Below are positions 62,423 to 64,000 of a stretch of 64,000 nt of DNA, one piece after another (within the stretch, counting starts at the first letter, position 1; the number at the start of each line of letters is the position of its first letter). The notes under the pieces are model-generated. The model saw only the letters and a list, made by a program, of their open reading frames with translations. It was not told the origin of the DNA and ran no database searches. This DNA comes from Lytechinus pictus. Its lineage: Eukaryota. The DNA lies in contig NC_087252.1 of NCBI RefSeq assembly GCF_037042905.1, positions 2,854,001-2,918,000 on the forward strand, given 5' to 3'. A program made the position numbers and the translations under genes.

Positions 62423-62814
62423 CAGGGCCTTGGGAACGATTTTTGTTAGTGGGGATGCTGATGTAAATTTGAAAAGGTCCCTCTCCCCCGAAAAAATAGT
62501 TTTCACCTACAAAATGGAGGTCAAACTGATCCCCGGTAATTTGAAAAGCAAAAAAATAGTAAAGATAAGAAATAATAATAATAAATAAAAATAAATAAAT
62601 AAAAAAGGGAGGGGTTTATCTACAAAATGAAGATCACATTGGTCCTCAGTAATTTGAAAATAAAAGGTTTCACTAATTTGGTTACATTTTTTCCATTTTA
62701 CATATCTTCCAGAATACCTGGGATGCTGCCCTTGGAGAATAATACTCGCAGCACCCCCAAGGTAATTTTGGGGGGTGCTGACGCACCTCCAGCACCCCGC
62801 TTCCCAGGGCCATG
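62423..62814. mobile_element. hAT-type MITE
   Basis: TIR CAGGGCCTTGGGAA / TTCCCAGGGCCATG; 8-bp TSD CCACACCG / CCAAACCG. Confidence 0.75.
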
Positions 62815-63230
62815 CCAAACCGATAGAAACTTCTACTTTATTTCTAATGGTTTATCATCAATGTAATCGGTTGGTTTGAATTAGAGCCTTAGTGTGACTG
62901 TAGCAATGTCTTTCAATGCATAGCTGTTGTTAAATTGAAAGAAAAAAAACCTAAAAAAGTCAAATTTGATTGACTGTTCACATATCTAAGATATAAACAA
63001 TTGCACTCATTCATATCCCTTAAGGTGGTGCTATTCTACCAACCTCTCGGGCTAAGATCTGAACCGCTATTAGTGTCACATGGAGACTCAAACGATAACA
63101 AGTCAACACATATGCCATTTTCCATATAGAACAATCCACTTGCGCTACACTCATACCGTTTTCACATTGAGACACTCAAAGGCGTCGAAAACGTGGGAGC
63201 TGATGTTTTCAAGCCGAGTTACAGAGTAAA

Positions 63231-64000
63231 AACAAGTGGAATGCCTCTGGCCGTCTCACCTGCATCACGCGATTCAATAAAGCAGCAGTGCTGATTTTGA
63301 AAACTACTATAACTCGCACAAGATGTTCAGTGATACTTGGTTACTCTTATTTCCACGTTTTATGAACTAGACCAATACACTTATAGAGATATGATGGCAA
63401 TTCAACAAATACCCCCAACGTGGCCAAAGTTCTTTGACCTTACATGACCTTGATCATGTGACCTGAAACTCGCACAGGATGTTCAGTGATACTTGATTAC
63501 TCTTATGTCCAAGTTTTATGAACTAGACCAACACACTTTCAAATTTATGGCTGTAATTCAACAAATACCCCAATTTGGCCAAAGTTCATTGACCATAAAT
63601 GACCTTTGACCTTGATCATGTGACCTGAAACTTGCACAGGATGTTCAGTAATACTTGATTACTATTATGTCCAAGTTTCATGAATCAGATCCATAAACTT
63701 TCAAAGTTATGATGGTTATTCAACAGATACCCCCAATTCGGCCAAAGTTCATTGACCCTAAATGACCTTTGACCTTGGTCATGTGACGTGAAACTCATGC
63801 AGGATGTTCAGTGATACTTGATTAACCTTATGTATAAGTTTCATGAACTAGGTCCATATATTTTCTAAGTTATGATGACATTTCAAAAACTTAACCTTAG
63901 GTTAAGATTTTGATGTTGATTCCCCCAACATGGTCTAAGTTCATTGACCCTAAATGACCTTTGACCTTGGTCATGTGACATGAAACTCAGGCAGGATGTT
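63231..64000. mobile_element. Satellite-bearing interspersed element (Helentron/HINE-like), ~160-bp units, runs off the window
   Basis: AACAAG start, then units marked by GATGTTCAGT at 63322, 63478, 63640 and 63803 and a partial unit at 63995, containing TGACCTTTGACCT. The class is inferred. Confidence 0.7.

Overview
This is AT-rich animal genomic DNA. The repeat landscape and gene content suggest a deuterostome invertebrate, most likely a sea urchin, but that is inference. Two protein-coding genes converge tail-to-tail about 3.7 kb apart. (1) On the + strand, an intronless 150-aa bHLH CDS (23675-24127) is near-identical to vertebrate NHLH1/NHLH2 (NSCL/HEN) across the bHLH domain. It is preceded by about 17-23 kb of non-coding DNA containing candidate 5'UTR exons and enhancer-like blocks. 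(2) On the - strand, I reconstructed by hand a 22-exon gene (54328->27842; 3639 nt, 1212 aa) with all introns GT-AG and all phases consistent. It encodes signal peptide-NIDO-IPT/TIG-AMOP-VWD(GDPH)-Sushi-Sushi-TM-Pro/Tyr-rich tail, i.e. a Mesh/SUSD2/MUC4-family membrane protein. The ORF track shows only fragments of it. The remainder is non-autonomous DNA transposons (Kolobok-, Harbinger-, hAT-, CACTA-, pogo-, MULE- and Helentron-like), LINE/SINE remnants and micro/minisatellites. The most unusual structure is a 5.5-kb TIR-bounded, transposase-free composite insertion in intron 13. It carries a GGCGCCAAA tandem array and about 12 co-oriented, spaced GCGAAGC mini-hairpin units. No CRISPR, rRNA or intact tRNA was seen, and I found no convincing novel protein-coding system.
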